Part shown: positions 36,022-46,316 of the stretch, one piece after another
Numbering within the stretch: position 1 is the first letter of the stretch
Layout of the letters: every line of letters begins with the position of its first letter
Assembly: GCA_016180645.1 (NCBI GenBank)
Contig: JACPAV010000007.1
Location: 104,888-168,887, forward strand
Direction of reading: 5' to 3'
Length of the DNA stretch: 64,000 nucleotides
Source of the DNA: Nitrospirota bacterium
GTDB lineage: Bacteria; JACPQY01
Notes under the pieces: model-generated
Seen by the model: only the letters and a program-made list of their open reading frames with translations
Database searches by the model: none
What the model was told of the DNA's origin: nothing
Made by a program: the position numbers and the translations under genes

Positions 36022-39000
36022 GTGCCGGGGCAACACACCGAGAAAGCGTTCGAAACCGCCATCGAAGACTTCCTCGTCTCCGGGGGCGGGTACAGTAAGG
36101 GCGACAAGTCGGCGTACGATCCTGCGCGGAGCTTGTTCCCCCAAGAGGTCTTGGGATTCATCCGCGAGACTCAGCCCAAGGAATGGGAGTACCTCAAGAA
36201 TCTCCAAAAAGAGAAAGCCGAAGAGATTCTTTTTGATGACCTCTGCCGCGCGCTCGACTCAAATCAGGAAGGCTGCCTCTCCGTGCTCCGGCACGGGTTC
36301 AAGTGCTTCGGAAAGCTGTTCCGCGTGGCGTATTTCTCTCCGGCCAGCGGTCTGAATCCGGAAATCCAGAAGCTCTACGATGCGAACCGGCTGACGATCA
36401 CCCGTCAGGTCGTCTATTCAAGCCGGCACGGGAATTCAATTGATGTCGCGTTGGCGCTGAATGGGATTCCCGTCGCCACCGCCGAACTTAAGAATCCCAT
36501 GACCGGCCAGAACTGGCGTCACGCCATCCACCAGTACAAGAGCGACCGAGATCCTGCCGATCTGATCCTTCAATTCAAGAAGCGGGCGCTGGTCCACTTT
36601 GCGGCGGACCCGGACGAGGTCTACATGACCACCCGCCTCGCGGGCGGCAATACCCACTTCCTGCCCCTCAACCGGGGCCATAACAACGGCGCGGGGAACC
36701 CGGAAAATCCCACGGGGTGGAAAACGGCCTACCTCTGGGAGGAAATCCTGGAGCGGCACAGCTTTCTGGATATTCTCGCGCGATTCGTCCATCTCCAGGT
36801 CGAAGAGAAGAAGCTGGGCGGGAAGACCGTCAAACGAGAGAGCATGATTTTCCCACGCTACCACCAGCTTGATTCGGTCCGGCGGCTGGTTGCGGACGTG
36901 CGCCGGGAGGGGGCGGGGACGAACTATCTTGTCCAGCATTCCGCGGGGAGCGGGAAGAGCAACTCCATTGCGTGGCTCGCCCATCGGCTGTCGAGCCTCT
37001 ACAACGAGAAGGACGAGAAGGTGTTTGACTCGGTGGTGGTGGTGACGGATCGGGTTGTTCTGGACCAGCAGCTTCAGAACACGATCTATCAATTCGAGCA
37101 CAAGCAGGGCGTCGTCCAGAAGATCGACGTCGATTCCGAACAGTTGGCGAAGGCGCTCTCCGCCGGAGTCCCCATCGTGATTACGACGCTTCAGAAGTTT
37201 CCTTTCGTGACCGAGAAGATCGGCGATCTCCCCAAACGGAAGTACGCCGTCATCATCGACGAAGCGCACAGCTCGCAGGGCGGGGAGACGGCGGCTGATC
37301 TGAAGGGTGTTCTCGGCGGCGCGGCCATCAGGGAGGAAGCGCAGAAGAAGAAGGAAGAAGAGGGGCTGACGGACTACGAGGAGGAGGTCTTGCGGACGAT
37401 GGCCAAACGTGGTCGCCAGCCGAACATCAGCTTCTTCGCCTTCACGGCCACGCCCAAATACAAGACGCTCGAAGTCTTCGGTCGTCCAGGAGCGTACGGA
37501 AAGCCTCAGCCATTCCATCTCTACAGCATGCGCCAGGCCATCGAGGAACGCTTCATCCTGGACGTTCTCAAGCACTACACGACTTACCAGACCTACTACC
37601 GCCTTGTGAAATCCATCGAGGACGATCCCAAGGTGGACAAGCGCAAGGCAGCCCGCGCGCTTGCACGGTTTATGAGCCTGCACCCGCACAACATCGCCCA
37701 GAAGACGGAGGTTATGGTCGAGCATTTCCGCCATTTCACGATGCACAAGATCGGAGGCCGCGCGAAGGCCATGGTGGTCACGTCCAGCCGCCTCCATGCC
37801 GTGCGGTACAAATTGGAATTCGACAAGTACATCAAGGAAAAGGGCTACAGGGGCATCAAGACGCTCGTCGCTTTCTCCGGAAGGGTGATCGATCCGGATG
37901 TACGGGGGATGGAGTTCACCGAGGAGGGCATGAACATCGATGCCAAGGGGAATCGAATCCGTGAGAAGGAACTCCCGGAGCGGTTCGGGACGGATGAATA
38001 TCAAGTGCTTCTCGTGGCGGAGAAGTTCCAGACCGGGTTCGACCAGCCGTTGCTGCACACCATGTACGTGGACAAGCGACTTGCGGGAATCCAGGCCGTT
38101 CAGACCCTATCGAGGCTGAATCGGACATGCCCCGGCAAGGAGGACACCTTCGTGCTGGACTTTGTGAACGACCCGAAGGAGATCCAGGATGCGTTTCAAC
38201 CGTATTACGAGCAGACGCTTGTGGGGGAGCGCGCCGAGGCGAAGCAACTCTACGAACTTCAGGCCAAGCTGAACGCGCATCAAATCTATCACGCGGAGGA
38301 AGTCGAGGAGTTTTGCAAGGCGTTCTATCGTCCCGCGCGGGAGCAAACCCCCGCCGATCATGCCCGCATGAACGCGTGTCTCGATCCCGCCGTGGGACGA
38401 TTCAAGGAACTCGAGGAGGACAAGCGGGAGGAGTTCCGGAAAACCTTGATCGCGTATCGGAACCTGTACGCGTTTCTGTCGCAGGTGATCCCGTTCCAGG
38501 ATTCGGACTTGGAGAAGCTCTACACGTACATCCGATTCCTTCTGGCGAAGCTTCCGAGGGAGGATCGGGGTCCCGTCTACGACTTCGAGGATGAGGTGGC
38601 GCTCAAGTACTACCGGGTCCAGAAGATCGGCGAGGGTTCGATCAAGCTGGATGCGGGGAAGCAAGCGCCCATCTCCGGGCCGACGGAAGTCGGAACGGGA
38701 GTGGTCCGGGGAGTCCAGATCGAGCTGTCGAAATTGATCGACATCTTGAACGAGCGATTCGGGACGGAGTTTAAGCCGGGCGATCAACTATTCCTGGACT
38801 CGATCAAGGAGGACGCAGTGGGCAACTCCAATTTGAGGCAGGCGGCATTGGCTAACACGATGGAGAACTTCGGATACGTCTTCCTGAAGGCGCTCGAAGG
38901 ATTGTTCATCGACCGGATGGAACAAAATGAGGAGATGACGGCGCGGTTCATGAACGACGGGGAGTTCAAGGAGGTGATCGGGAAACACCTCTTGAAGGAA

Positions 39001-39537
39001 GTCTACCAGCACATCCGGTCACAGGGATCGAAAGGGCAAGCGGAGGTCCTGCCATTCCGGCGCGTGACGCCCTCGGAGAAGGACAAGTACCGGACTTGCC
39101 TGCCGTTGGTGCCGCTTCAGGCCGCCGCGGGCGCATTCAGTGGATCGCAGGCGGTTTCGCCGCAGGATGGCGAGTGGGTGGAAATTGATTCGGGGCACAA
39201 GTTGAGGCTGGGCATGTTCGTGGCGCAGGTGAAAGGTCGTTCCATGGAGCCGCGCATCCCGGATGGCGCATACTGCCTGTTTCGCGCTCCTGTGGAGGGC
39301 TCCCGGCAGGGTCGGACTGTGCTGGCGCAGCATCGCGACATCCACGACCCCGATTCCGGCGGGCAGTACACCGTCAAACGGTATACCAGTCGCAAGGTGG
39401 CGGATGGCGCGGGTGGCTGGCGGCACGTCGAGATCGCCCTCCAGCCTGAGAACAAAGATTACGCCCCCATCATGCTGAAAGCCGACGACGAAGGTTCCAT
39501 CTCCGTCATCGCCGAACTTTTGGAAGTGCTCAAGTAG
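36022..39537 (+). CDS. hsdR: type I restriction endonuclease subunit R with C-terminal S24/LexA-like peptidase domain
   Basis: D...NGIPVATAELKN nuclease motif, HSAGSGKS, IIDEAHSS, FTATPK, QTLSRLNR; tail AAAG...GRSMEP...TVKRY. Confidence 0.95.
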   Translation: MPGQHTEKAFETAIEDFLVSGGGYSKGDKSAYDPARSLFPQEVLGFIRETQPKEWEYLKNLQKEKAEEILFDDLCRALDSNQEGCLSVLRHGFKCFGKLFRVAYFSPASGLNPEIQKLYDANRLTITRQVVYSSRHGNSIDVALALNGIPVATAELKNPMTGQNWRHAIHQYKSDRDPADLILQFKKRALVHFAADPDEVYMTTRLAGGNTHFLPLNRGHNNGAGNPENPTGWKTAYLWEEILERHSFLDILARFVHLQVEEKKLGGKTVKRESMIFPRYHQLDSVRRLVADVRREGAGTNYLVQHSAGSGKSNSIAWLAHRLSSLYNEKDEKVFDSVVVVTDRVVLDQQLQNTIYQFEHKQGVVQKIDVDSEQLAKALSAGVPIVITTLQKFPFVTEKIGDLPKRKYAVIIDEAHSSQGGETAADLKGVLGGAAIREEAQKKKEEEGLTDYEEEVLRTMAKRGRQPNISFFAFTATPKYKTLEVFGRPGAYGKPQPFHLYSMRQAIEERFILDVLKHYTTYQTYYRLVKSIEDDPKVDKRKAARALARFMSLHPHNIAQKTEVMVEHFRHFTMHKIGGRAKAMVVTSSRLHAVRYKLEFDKYIKEKGYRGIKTLVAFSGRVIDPDVRGMEFTEEGMNIDAKGNRIREKELPERFGTDEYQVLLVAEKFQTGFDQPLLHTMYVDKRLAGIQAVQTLSRLNRTCPGKEDTFVLDFVNDPKEIQDAFQPYYEQTLVGERAEAKQLYELQAKLNAHQIYHAEEVEEFCKAFYRPAREQTPADHARMNACLDPAVGRFKELEEDKREEFRKTLIAYRNLYAFLSQVIPFQDSDLEKLYTYIRFLLAKLPREDRGPVYDFEDEVALKYYRVQKIGEGSIKLDAGKQAPISGPTEVGTGVVRGVQIELSKLIDILNERFGTEFKPGDQLFLDSIKEDAVGNSNLRQAALANTMENFGYVFLKALEGLFIDRMEQNEEMTARFMNDGEFKEVIGKHLLKEVYQHIRSQGSKGQAEVLPFRRVTPSEKDKYRTCLPLVPLQAAAGAFSGSQAVSPQDGEWVEIDSGHKLRLGMFVAQVKGRSMEPRIPDGAYCLFRAPVEGSRQGRTVLAQHRDIHDPDSGGQYTVKRYTSRKVADGAGGWRHVEIALQPENKDYAPIMLKADDEGSISVIAELLEVLK

Positions 39538-39632
39538 GTTGGGCCGCTTTGAATTCGTCCAGTGGCGGCTCGTATTACGGAGAACCCGCGAGGCTCAGTT
39601 GTCCATGGATGGGGACCTGCGGGCCTTCCCCG

Positions 39633-41405
39633 TCAGACAAGGAGGTTCAAGCGGCCGTTCGAATCGAAGTCGGAGCGGAGTTTTTCAAAATCTTCCCGTG
39701 CGAGGGGATGGTACGTTGCGTCGTTGCGGCGGCGGAAATAGATGACCTCGGCGCGTTCAGGATGAAAATAGCCCGCCTTCAGCTCGCGCACGATGATCTT
39801 GTGGGTTTCGGTCAGAGGGAAAGTGTTCACAATTCGAATGAAGTCGGGGAACCATTTCCGATCCCGACCGTTGCGGCTGACTTCGCGTTCGCAATAGTCG
39901 AAAAAGGCCTGGGGATCGAAGGCCCGGCCGTCCTTGAGCTGAATCGCGGCCATGACCCATTCATCACTCACCGGATTGGGGACACCATAGGCGGCGGCTA
40001 GATACACGTCCGGGAAACCGCTCACGAGATCCACGACACAATCGGCGCTGAAGTTCTCGCCGTCTTTTCGAATCCAATCATCGGTCCGCCCGACAAAGTA
40101 GAGATAGCGATGGCCGTTGATCAGCCGGATCATTCCCAAGTCGCCGGATCGGTAGAGGCCATCGGAGAATTTCTTCTGCGTGGCGGCCTCATCCCCGTGA
40201 TAGCCTTGGAAGAGTCCGGTAGGTGTACCCCCTCGCACGATCTCTCCCACCGCTTCCGCGTAGTTGAGTATATTTGCGCTCCCATCGAATTCAGCGGGGG
40301 GGCACGTTGCACCGCTCCCGTTTCGGATGAAGACGTTTTCGTCGGTAACCTCACCTACGCTGTCGATGGGGTCTCCTGGTCGGCAACACGTGGCGATTTC
40401 CGCCTCGGTGCTTCCGTACATCTCGTAGAAGTGTTCGAGTCCGAGCCATCGGATGAACTTGATGCGCTGCTTGCCGCTGGCGCCGGTTCCGAGGGCGAGG
40501 CGGAGCTTCCGGCGGGGATGGTCCCGCACCTCGCGGAGGATGCGGGATTCGTCGTCTCCGTATTTCTTTGCGATGGCTTCCAGGATGTATTGGACCGGCT
40601 GGCCGACGTAGTTCCAGTAGGTGGCGCCATGGTTGAATATGTCGTCCAGGTAGGCTGAAGCGGAGAACTTTTCCCGGAGAATGATCTTCGCCCCGACCGC
40701 ATAGGCGGGCATCCAGTTCAGGTAATGCGCGTTGGAGTGGAAGAGCGGCATGCAGATGTAGCCGACGTCGTCAGGTTTGAGTCCGATCAGGTTGGCCGTG
40801 TAGGCCCCGATGGCGCGTAGCTTTCCGTGGCTGTTGAGGATCCCTTTGGGGAGGCCGGTTGTGCCGGAAGTATAGATCACCATCCAGGGAGTAGAAGCGT
40901 CGACTGGAACATCCGGCGGTTCTTCCGCCGCCGATCGGAGGCTGGATCGAAGGGAGGAAAACCTTGACTCAATCGTTCCGCCGGGGCCCGCGAGCAGGAG
41001 AGACTTGGCGGCGAGATCTGGGCTATTTGCTCTTGCCTTCTCAAGGACCGGCCGGTGAGTGTCGTCGGCCACGAGGATATCGGCGCCGCTTTTCTCGATG
41101 ACGCGTGCGAGTGTATCGCCTCCGAGACCGGTGTTGATGGCGAAGAGTGTGCCACCCGAGAAAGCGGCTCCGCCGAAGAGATACAGGTAGTCGAGGCTAT
41201 TGCGCATCAGCGCAGCCACCTGCGGTGGCTTCGAGGAGTCCCGCCGTGCGGCGAGGAGCATGTGGGCCCACAGGCAGGAGGTCCGGAGGTAGTCCGCGTA
41301 GGTTACGGTCTGATCTCCAATTTGCACCATGACGCGCCCCGCGGATTCGGGATCGGTCCCGCGCTGAATGACCAACTCATTAAAGGTGAAAGGAGAGACC
41401 TGCAT
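39633..41405 (-). CDS. AMP-binding acyl-CoA synthetase
   Basis: YTSGTTGLPKG, YGSTE, YRSGDLG, GRTDDWIRKDGEN. Confidence 0.9.
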   Translation of the reverse strand: MQVSPFTFNELVIQRGTDPESAGRVMVQIGDQTVTYADYLRTSCLWAHMLLAARRDSSKPPQVAALMRNSLDYLYLFGGAAFSGGTLFAINTGLGGDTLARVIEKSGADILVADDTHRPVLEKARANSPDLAAKSLLLAGPGGTIESRFSSLRSSLRSAAEEPPDVPVDASTPWMVIYTSGTTGLPKGILNSHGKLRAIGAYTANLIGLKPDDVGYICMPLFHSNAHYLNWMPAYAVGAKIILREKFSASAYLDDIFNHGATYWNYVGQPVQYILEAIAKKYGDDESRILREVRDHPRRKLRLALGTGASGKQRIKFIRWLGLEHFYEMYGSTEAEIATCCRPGDPIDSVGEVTDENVFIRNGSGATCPPAEFDGSANILNYAEAVGEIVRGGTPTGLFQGYHGDEAATQKKFSDGLYRSGDLGMIRLINGHRYLYFVGRTDDWIRKDGENFSADCVVDLVSGFPDVYLAAAYGVPNPVSDEWVMAAIQLKDGRAFDPQAFFDYCEREVSRNGRDRKWFPDFIRIVNTFPLTETHKIIVRELKAGYFHPERAEVIYFRRRNDATYHPLAREDFEKLRSDFDSNGRLNLLV

Positions 41406-41506
41406 GATCCACGATCGTACCATCCCTGTGGGGGAGAACCCAATCAAACCTTGCCAAAAGGCTTGTCACGAGGATGCCTTGGAGTACACTCCGTGCGAGG
41501 CAAGAA

Positions 41507-43045
41507 ATGGCGCGAGCATTCGACGCGATCGTGATCGGGACCGGCATTGGCGGCCTCACGGCGGGTCTGTCCCTCCAACGCGCCGGACGAAGCGTCCTAC
41601 TTCTCGAAGCCGGAAAGCAGTTCGGTGGGATGCTCAATCCGTTCGCGCGGAAGCACTATCATTTCGACGTGGGCATCCACTATGTGGGCGAGGCGGGTCC
41701 CGGCCAGACGATGCGCGGGGTACTCGATTCGCTCGGCCTTGAGGAGATTCGATTTCGTGAGATCAATCCCGACTGCATAGACCGGTATGTGTTCGATGGC
41801 TACGAGGCAAAGCTTGTGAAAGGCATCGACCGCTGGGGCGACCTCCTTGTGAAGGATTTCCCAAAGGAAGAAGTCGCGATCCGCCGGTTTCTGGATCTCA
41901 TGAGGGGCTGCGAGACACTCTCGAAGGCCGCCATGAAACGGCCCACGCTGGCGGAGGCGGTCCGCGTGCTCAAGATGTCCGGAGACTTGATTCCCTTGTT
42001 CACTCGTCCGTACTCGGATCTTCTCGCCCGCTATTTCAAGGATCCGGTTCTGCGAAACGTGTTCGCGGGCCCGGGCGGCGACATCGGCGTGCCGCCCAGC
42101 CGCGCGAGCGCCATCACCTCCATTGTTCTCCTGACGCACTATCTGGGCGGCGCGTACTATCCCGTCGGCGGGAGCGGCGCCATGCGCGACGCCTATGTGA
42201 CCGCACTGGAGAAACACGGAGCGGAGTTGAAGCGAAACGCGTTGGTTCGTCGGATCGAGGTCCTCGGCAAACACAAGTTCGCGGTCGAAACGGAGAAGGG
42301 AGAACGCTTCGAAGCGCGTTCGGTGATTTCGAACGTGGACGTGAAAAACACCGTCGAAATGATCCATGGGAAGAAACCGAGCTACCGAACGCGACGGAAA
42401 GCCAAGAGCATCCGCCCCAGCCTGGGATCGTTCTGCGTGTATGTGGCGACCGATCTCGATGTTTCGAAGTCCGGCGTCACCGACGCCAACATTTGGCACT
42501 ACGGAACGAATGACATCGAGGCGCTCTATCAAACGGTCTATGACAATCGGATTCCGGAAAAGCCATTTTTTTTCCTCACCTCGCCCACGTTGAAGGACCC
42601 GGAGTCCGAGCGCGCGCCCGCGGGTCACCAGATCGTGGAGTTCATCACCTTTGCGCCCACGGAACCGTTCAAGCCGTGGTTCGAGAAGCCGGCCATGAAG
42701 CGGGGTCCGGCGTATGGCGCGATCAAGGAGGAGATCGCTGAGAAGGTCCTGGAGAGTGCCGAGCGGTATGTGCCGGGACTGCGTGATCACATCGTATTGA
42801 AGGAGAGCGCGACCCCGGCCACGGTCTGGCATTTTGTGCGCGGACGCGAAGGGGGCATCTACGGTCCCGAGCACAGTCCCGATCAGACGACGTTCCGCAG
42901 ATTCACTACTCAAATAGGGATACCGGGGCTTTACCTCGCCGGCGCCAGCGTGCTCGGGGCGGGGATCATGCCGTGCCTGATCAGCGGGATGATGGCCTCG
43001 AAGGCTTGCATGAAGCATCTGGGGCGCCAAAAGGCCGGTGCATAA
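41507..43045 (+). CDS. phytoene desaturase/retinol saturase-like FAD oxidoreductase
   Basis: VIGTGIGGL, FDVGIHYVG, YYPVGGS, ATP.T, GLYLAG. Confidence 0.88.
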   Translation: MARAFDAIVIGTGIGGLTAGLSLQRAGRSVLLLEAGKQFGGMLNPFARKHYHFDVGIHYVGEAGPGQTMRGVLDSLGLEEIRFREINPDCIDRYVFDGYEAKLVKGIDRWGDLLVKDFPKEEVAIRRFLDLMRGCETLSKAAMKRPTLAEAVRVLKMSGDLIPLFTRPYSDLLARYFKDPVLRNVFAGPGGDIGVPPSRASAITSIVLLTHYLGGAYYPVGGSGAMRDAYVTALEKHGAELKRNALVRRIEVLGKHKFAVETEKGERFEARSVISNVDVKNTVEMIHGKKPSYRTRRKAKSIRPSLGSFCVYVATDLDVSKSGVTDANIWHYGTNDIEALYQTVYDNRIPEKPFFFLTSPTLKDPESERAPAGHQIVEFITFAPTEPFKPWFEKPAMKRGPAYGAIKEEIAEKVLESAERYVPGLRDHIVLKESATPATVWHFVRGREGGIYGPEHSPDQTTFRRFTTQIGIPGLYLAGASVLGAGIMPCLISGMMASKACMKHLGRQKAGA

Positions 43046-44309
43046 CGTGAAAGACCGAAAGACGTCGCCGGAGGACTCGCGATCCACGATTGTCTCGCGC
43101 ATCGCTCACGAGGCCTACCAGCATGCGCCACGGATTCTGCCCAAGGGCCCGTGGTGGAGATACCTCGAAAGCAACTTCAGCGAACGGCCGGAAGGGTTTG
43201 AGCTGAAATTCCGCGACCTGTGGCGTGTGGAAGCCACGGCCGCATCCGACGTCTTCATCCGTACTGCCGGCGCCTCGCTGATTGGAGCACTGGCCCTTCC
43301 CATCGGCTACCACCCCTTCAAGATCCGAGAGATGTTTCGAGATCGGGACTTTTATGAGTTGATGGCGGATAGCGGCGACCCGCAACAATTCTTTCACGAG
43401 CCTCCAAAGGACCACCCGATTCGGAGGGAAACGCCGCGGTGGCCGTACTTCCGTCCGGAAGGGGGGGTGTGCGAGGACCTCAGCTTTGAGAGTCCTTTCG
43501 AACCGGTGAATCCGCACCTTCGGAAGAGCTACCTCAGCATTGGGGAGAACCGGATCGCCCGCGCGAGGTATTGGAGACACAACGAAGGGCCGAGGCCGAC
43601 GATCATCGCGGTGCACGGGTTTTTTGCCGACCCCTACTGGTTGAACGAGTGGTTCTTCGCCTTGCCGTGGTTCTATCGCAAAGGGTGCGACGTGCTGCTG
43701 TACACGCTGCCCTTCCACGGTCGAAGACAGTCAAAGTTTTCTCCTTTCAGCGGGCACGGTTTTTTTGCCTACGGGCTTTCCCATATGAACGAGGCTTTCG
43801 CGCATGCCGTGTACGATTTCCGGATCCTGATGAATTTTCTTGAGCGCGAGATGGGTGCGAAGAAGATCGGCGTGACAGGGGTGAGCCTGGGGGGATACAC
43901 GTCGGCCATCCTGGCCTGTGCCGAACCGCGCCTCCAGTTCTCCGTTCCCAACGTGCCGGTGGTGAGCATTGCGGACCTCGTGTTGGAATGGGAACCGGTG
44001 GGGAAGGCCGTGCGGCTGATGCTCTTCGCGCTTCGGAGGTCGGTGAAGGACATCCGCCACATGCTGGCCGTGCACTGCCCTCTGACCTACCGCCCGGTGC
44101 TCCCCAAGAACCGGTTGATGATCATCGGCGGCGTGGGCGACCGGTTGGCCCCTCCCAAGCATTCGCGTCTCCTTTGGGACCATTGGGGCCGCTGCCGCAT
44201 CCACTGGTACCCCGGCAGCCATCTGCTTCATCTCGACAAAGGCGACTACCTCCGCCAGATGGCGAAGTTCCTCACCGAGATCCGATTCTTGGAGCCTAGC
44301 CACCGTTGA
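43038..44309 (+). CDS. alpha/beta hydrolase
   Basis: HGF, LPFHGRR, GVSLGG nucleophile elbow, DRL, GSH. Confidence 0.85.
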   Translation: MHNVKDRKTSPEDSRSTIVSRIAHEAYQHAPRILPKGPWWRYLESNFSERPEGFELKFRDLWRVEATAASDVFIRTAGASLIGALALPIGYHPFKIREMFRDRDFYELMADSGDPQQFFHEPPKDHPIRRETPRWPYFRPEGGVCEDLSFESPFEPVNPHLRKSYLSIGENRIARARYWRHNEGPRPTIIAVHGFFADPYWLNEWFFALPWFYRKGCDVLLYTLPFHGRRQSKFSPFSGHGFFAYGLSHMNEAFAHAVYDFRILMNFLEREMGAKKIGVTGVSLGGYTSAILACAEPRLQFSVPNVPVVSIADLVLEWEPVGKAVRLMLFALRRSVKDIRHMLAVHCPLTYRPVLPKNRLMIIGGVGDRLAPPKHSRLLWDHWGRCRIHWYPGSHLLHLDKGDYLRQMAKFLTEIRFLEPSHR

Positions 44310-44373
44310 TGTGTGGGGAGCTCCTGAGCCGGAAGCCGGAGTTCCTTGACTGAAAGCCGTGGGGTAAGAACCT

Positions 44374-44685
44374 ATCAGGGTTATTGAAGACTACCGCGGG
44401 GCGAGTGTCCGACTTACCGATGAACGCCTCAAACACATCCTCGGTCATCCCGAAATGGCCGGCATGGAGGGCGAAATTGGAGAAGTTCTCAAGGCACCGG
44501 AAAAGGTCCTTCAGTCAGCGACGGATGAGCACGCCCACTTGTTCTACCGGCATCTTGAACGGACGAACCTGGGCGGAAAGTGGCTATGCGTTGTGGTAAA
44601 GTATTCCGGTGATGACGCCTTCGTCTTGACGAGTTACTTGACCGACAAGCCGAAGAAAGGAGAGCAACTATGGCCCAAAAAGTGA
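44374..44685 (+). CDS. putative RNase toxin (BECR-like); 5' end has no canonical start
   Basis: Frame open from ATC at 44374: IRVIEDYRGASVRLTDERLKHILGHPEM...LCVVVKY...AFVLTSY; paired with a DUF2283-like gene. Confidence 0.6.
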   Translation: MRVIEDYRGASVRLTDERLKHILGHPEMAGMEGEIGEVLKAPEKVLQSATDEHAHLFYRHLERTNLGGKWLCVVVKYSGDDAFVLTSYLTDKPKKGEQLWPKK

Positions 44686-44906
44686 AAATCTGGTTCGATC
44701 CGGAGGGGGATTACCTTGAGGTGCTTTTTTCGGACCGGCCGGGATTCATGCGTGCGACGCAGAACGACGCGGTCATGGAGAGGGTGGACAAGCAGGGCAA
44801 CATTCTCGGTTTCTCGATCATGAAAGTCAGCCGCTTGAAAGGCGAAGCTCCCCTCGTTGCGAATCTCTCCGGCGGTCCGATGCACGATTCAAGACCTGTC
44901 CCTTAA
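44670..44906 (+). CDS. DUF2283-like antitoxin
   Basis: KIWFDPEGDYLEV...RVDKQGNILGFSI. Confidence 0.8.
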   Translation: MAQKVKIWFDPEGDYLEVLFSDRPGFMRATQNDAVMERVDKQGNILGFSIMKVSRLKGEAPLVANLSGGPMHDSRPVP

Positions 44907-44936
44907 GTTGTAACCATGCAAGGCTGGAGTTGAGAC

Positions 44937-45017
44937 CTACTCGCCGATGATTTTGACGAGGACGCGTTTCTTGCGGCGGCCGTCGAACTCGGCATAGAAA
45001 ATCTGCTCCCACGGGCC
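44937..45017 (-). pseudogene. 3' fragment of a YjbQ-family gene
   Basis: [26 protein letters not shown] matches the YjbQ C-terminus; upstream part absent. Confidence 0.75.
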
Positions 45018-45068
45018 GCGGAGGCTGCTTCTGTAGAGCGAGGGATGCGGCTGTGGTAGGGTCGAGAC

Positions 45069-46226
45069 GTGGATTTCGGCGTCCCGGATCAGCTGAAGGA
45101 CATTCGCGCAGCCGTGCGGGATCTGTGCAAACAGTTCCCGGGGGAGTACTGGCGCGGTCTGGAACCGGACCGATACCCTGAAGCATTCGTTTCCGCTCTC
45201 ACGAAACATGGCTGGCTCGCGGCCCTAATCCCACAGCCGTACGGCGGCGCCGGTCTGGGACTAACCGCCGCGAGTGTGATTCTCGAAGAGGTGAATGCAT
45301 CCGGCTGCAACGCGGCGGCATGTCACGCCCAGATGTACATCATGGGCACACTGCTTCGTCACGGGAGCGAAGAACAGAAAAAGAAGTTCCTTCCGAAAAT
45401 CGCCTCCGGTGAACTGAGACTCCAGGCGTTCGGTGTCACTGAACCCACCGTGGGTTCAGATACCACCAAAATCCAGACGACCGCGGAACGGACGGGCGCC
45501 GGCTATGTCATCCGGGGACAGAAGATCTGGACCTCCCGCGCGGAATATTCCGATCTCATGCTGCTCCTGGCACGAACGACGCCGCTCGACAAGGTGAAGA
45601 AGAAGACGGAAGGGCTTTCCACGTTTCTCATCGACATGAAAGCCGCGGGGAAGAAGATGACCATCAAGCCGATCAAGACGCTGATGAATCATTCCACTAC
45701 GGAAATCTTTTTCGACGGAGTGGAAATCCCGGCGGACGCGTTGGTCGGCGAAGAAGGGAAAGGGTTCAAGTACATCCTGGACGGGATGAACGCCGAGCGG
45801 GTGCTCATTGCAGCTGAGTGCATCGGCGATGGACGGTGGTTCATCGAGAAGGCGGTCAAATATGCCTCGGAGCGGGTTGTCTTTGGCAAACCGATCGGAG
45901 CCAATCAAGGCGTGCAGTTCCCGATAGCGCGCGCGCATGCGGCCATCGAGTCGGCAGACCTCATGCGATACAAGGCGGCGTGGCTGTTCGAGAAGGGGCA
46001 ACCGTGTGGGGCGGAGGCCAATACGGCGAAGCTTCTGGCATCTGAAGCCTCCTGGCAGGCCGCGAATGTCTGTCTCGATGCGCATGGGGGTTTCGGTTTT
46101 GCGCAGGAGTACGACGTGGAGCGGAAGTTCCGCGAGACACGGCTGTATTCGGTCGCGCCTATCTCGAACAATTTGATTCTGGCGTACTTGGGGGAGCATG
46201 TGCTCGGGCTTCCGCGTTCGTATTGA
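45069..46226 (+). CDS. acyl-CoA dehydrogenase
   Basis: FGVTEP..GSD, GQKIWTS, NAER, HGGFGF..EY.VERKFRE. Confidence 0.93.
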   Translation: MDFGVPDQLKDIRAAVRDLCKQFPGEYWRGLEPDRYPEAFVSALTKHGWLAALIPQPYGGAGLGLTAASVILEEVNASGCNAAACHAQMYIMGTLLRHGSEEQKKKFLPKIASGELRLQAFGVTEPTVGSDTTKIQTTAERTGAGYVIRGQKIWTSRAEYSDLMLLLARTTPLDKVKKKTEGLSTFLIDMKAAGKKMTIKPIKTLMNHSTTEIFFDGVEIPADALVGEEGKGFKYILDGMNAERVLIAAECIGDGRWFIEKAVKYASERVVFGKPIGANQGVQFPIARAHAAIESADLMRYKAAWLFEKGQPCGAEANTAKLLASEASWQAANVCLDAHGGFGFAQEYDVERKFRETRLYSVAPISNNLILAYLGEHVLGLPRSY

Positions 46227-46250
46227 GGGATCGGGAGGCCAGGGGTCCAT

Positions 46251-46278
46251 GAGATTGCTTCGCTGCACTCGCAATGAC
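46251..46278. repeat. GAGATTGC...CGCAATGAC intergenic repeat
   Basis: Shares ends with copies at 50145-50191, 51761-51805 and inverted 51817-51864. Confidence 0.7.
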
Positions 46279-46316
46279 ATTGGGGACGCCGGTCACAATC
46301 TTACTCGGCAGTCTTT

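Noticed and set aside
39538-39632. attR copy of the tRNA-Lys 3' end
   Set aside because: Only a short CCATGGA-GGG-like similarity near 39603; no convincing direct repeat.
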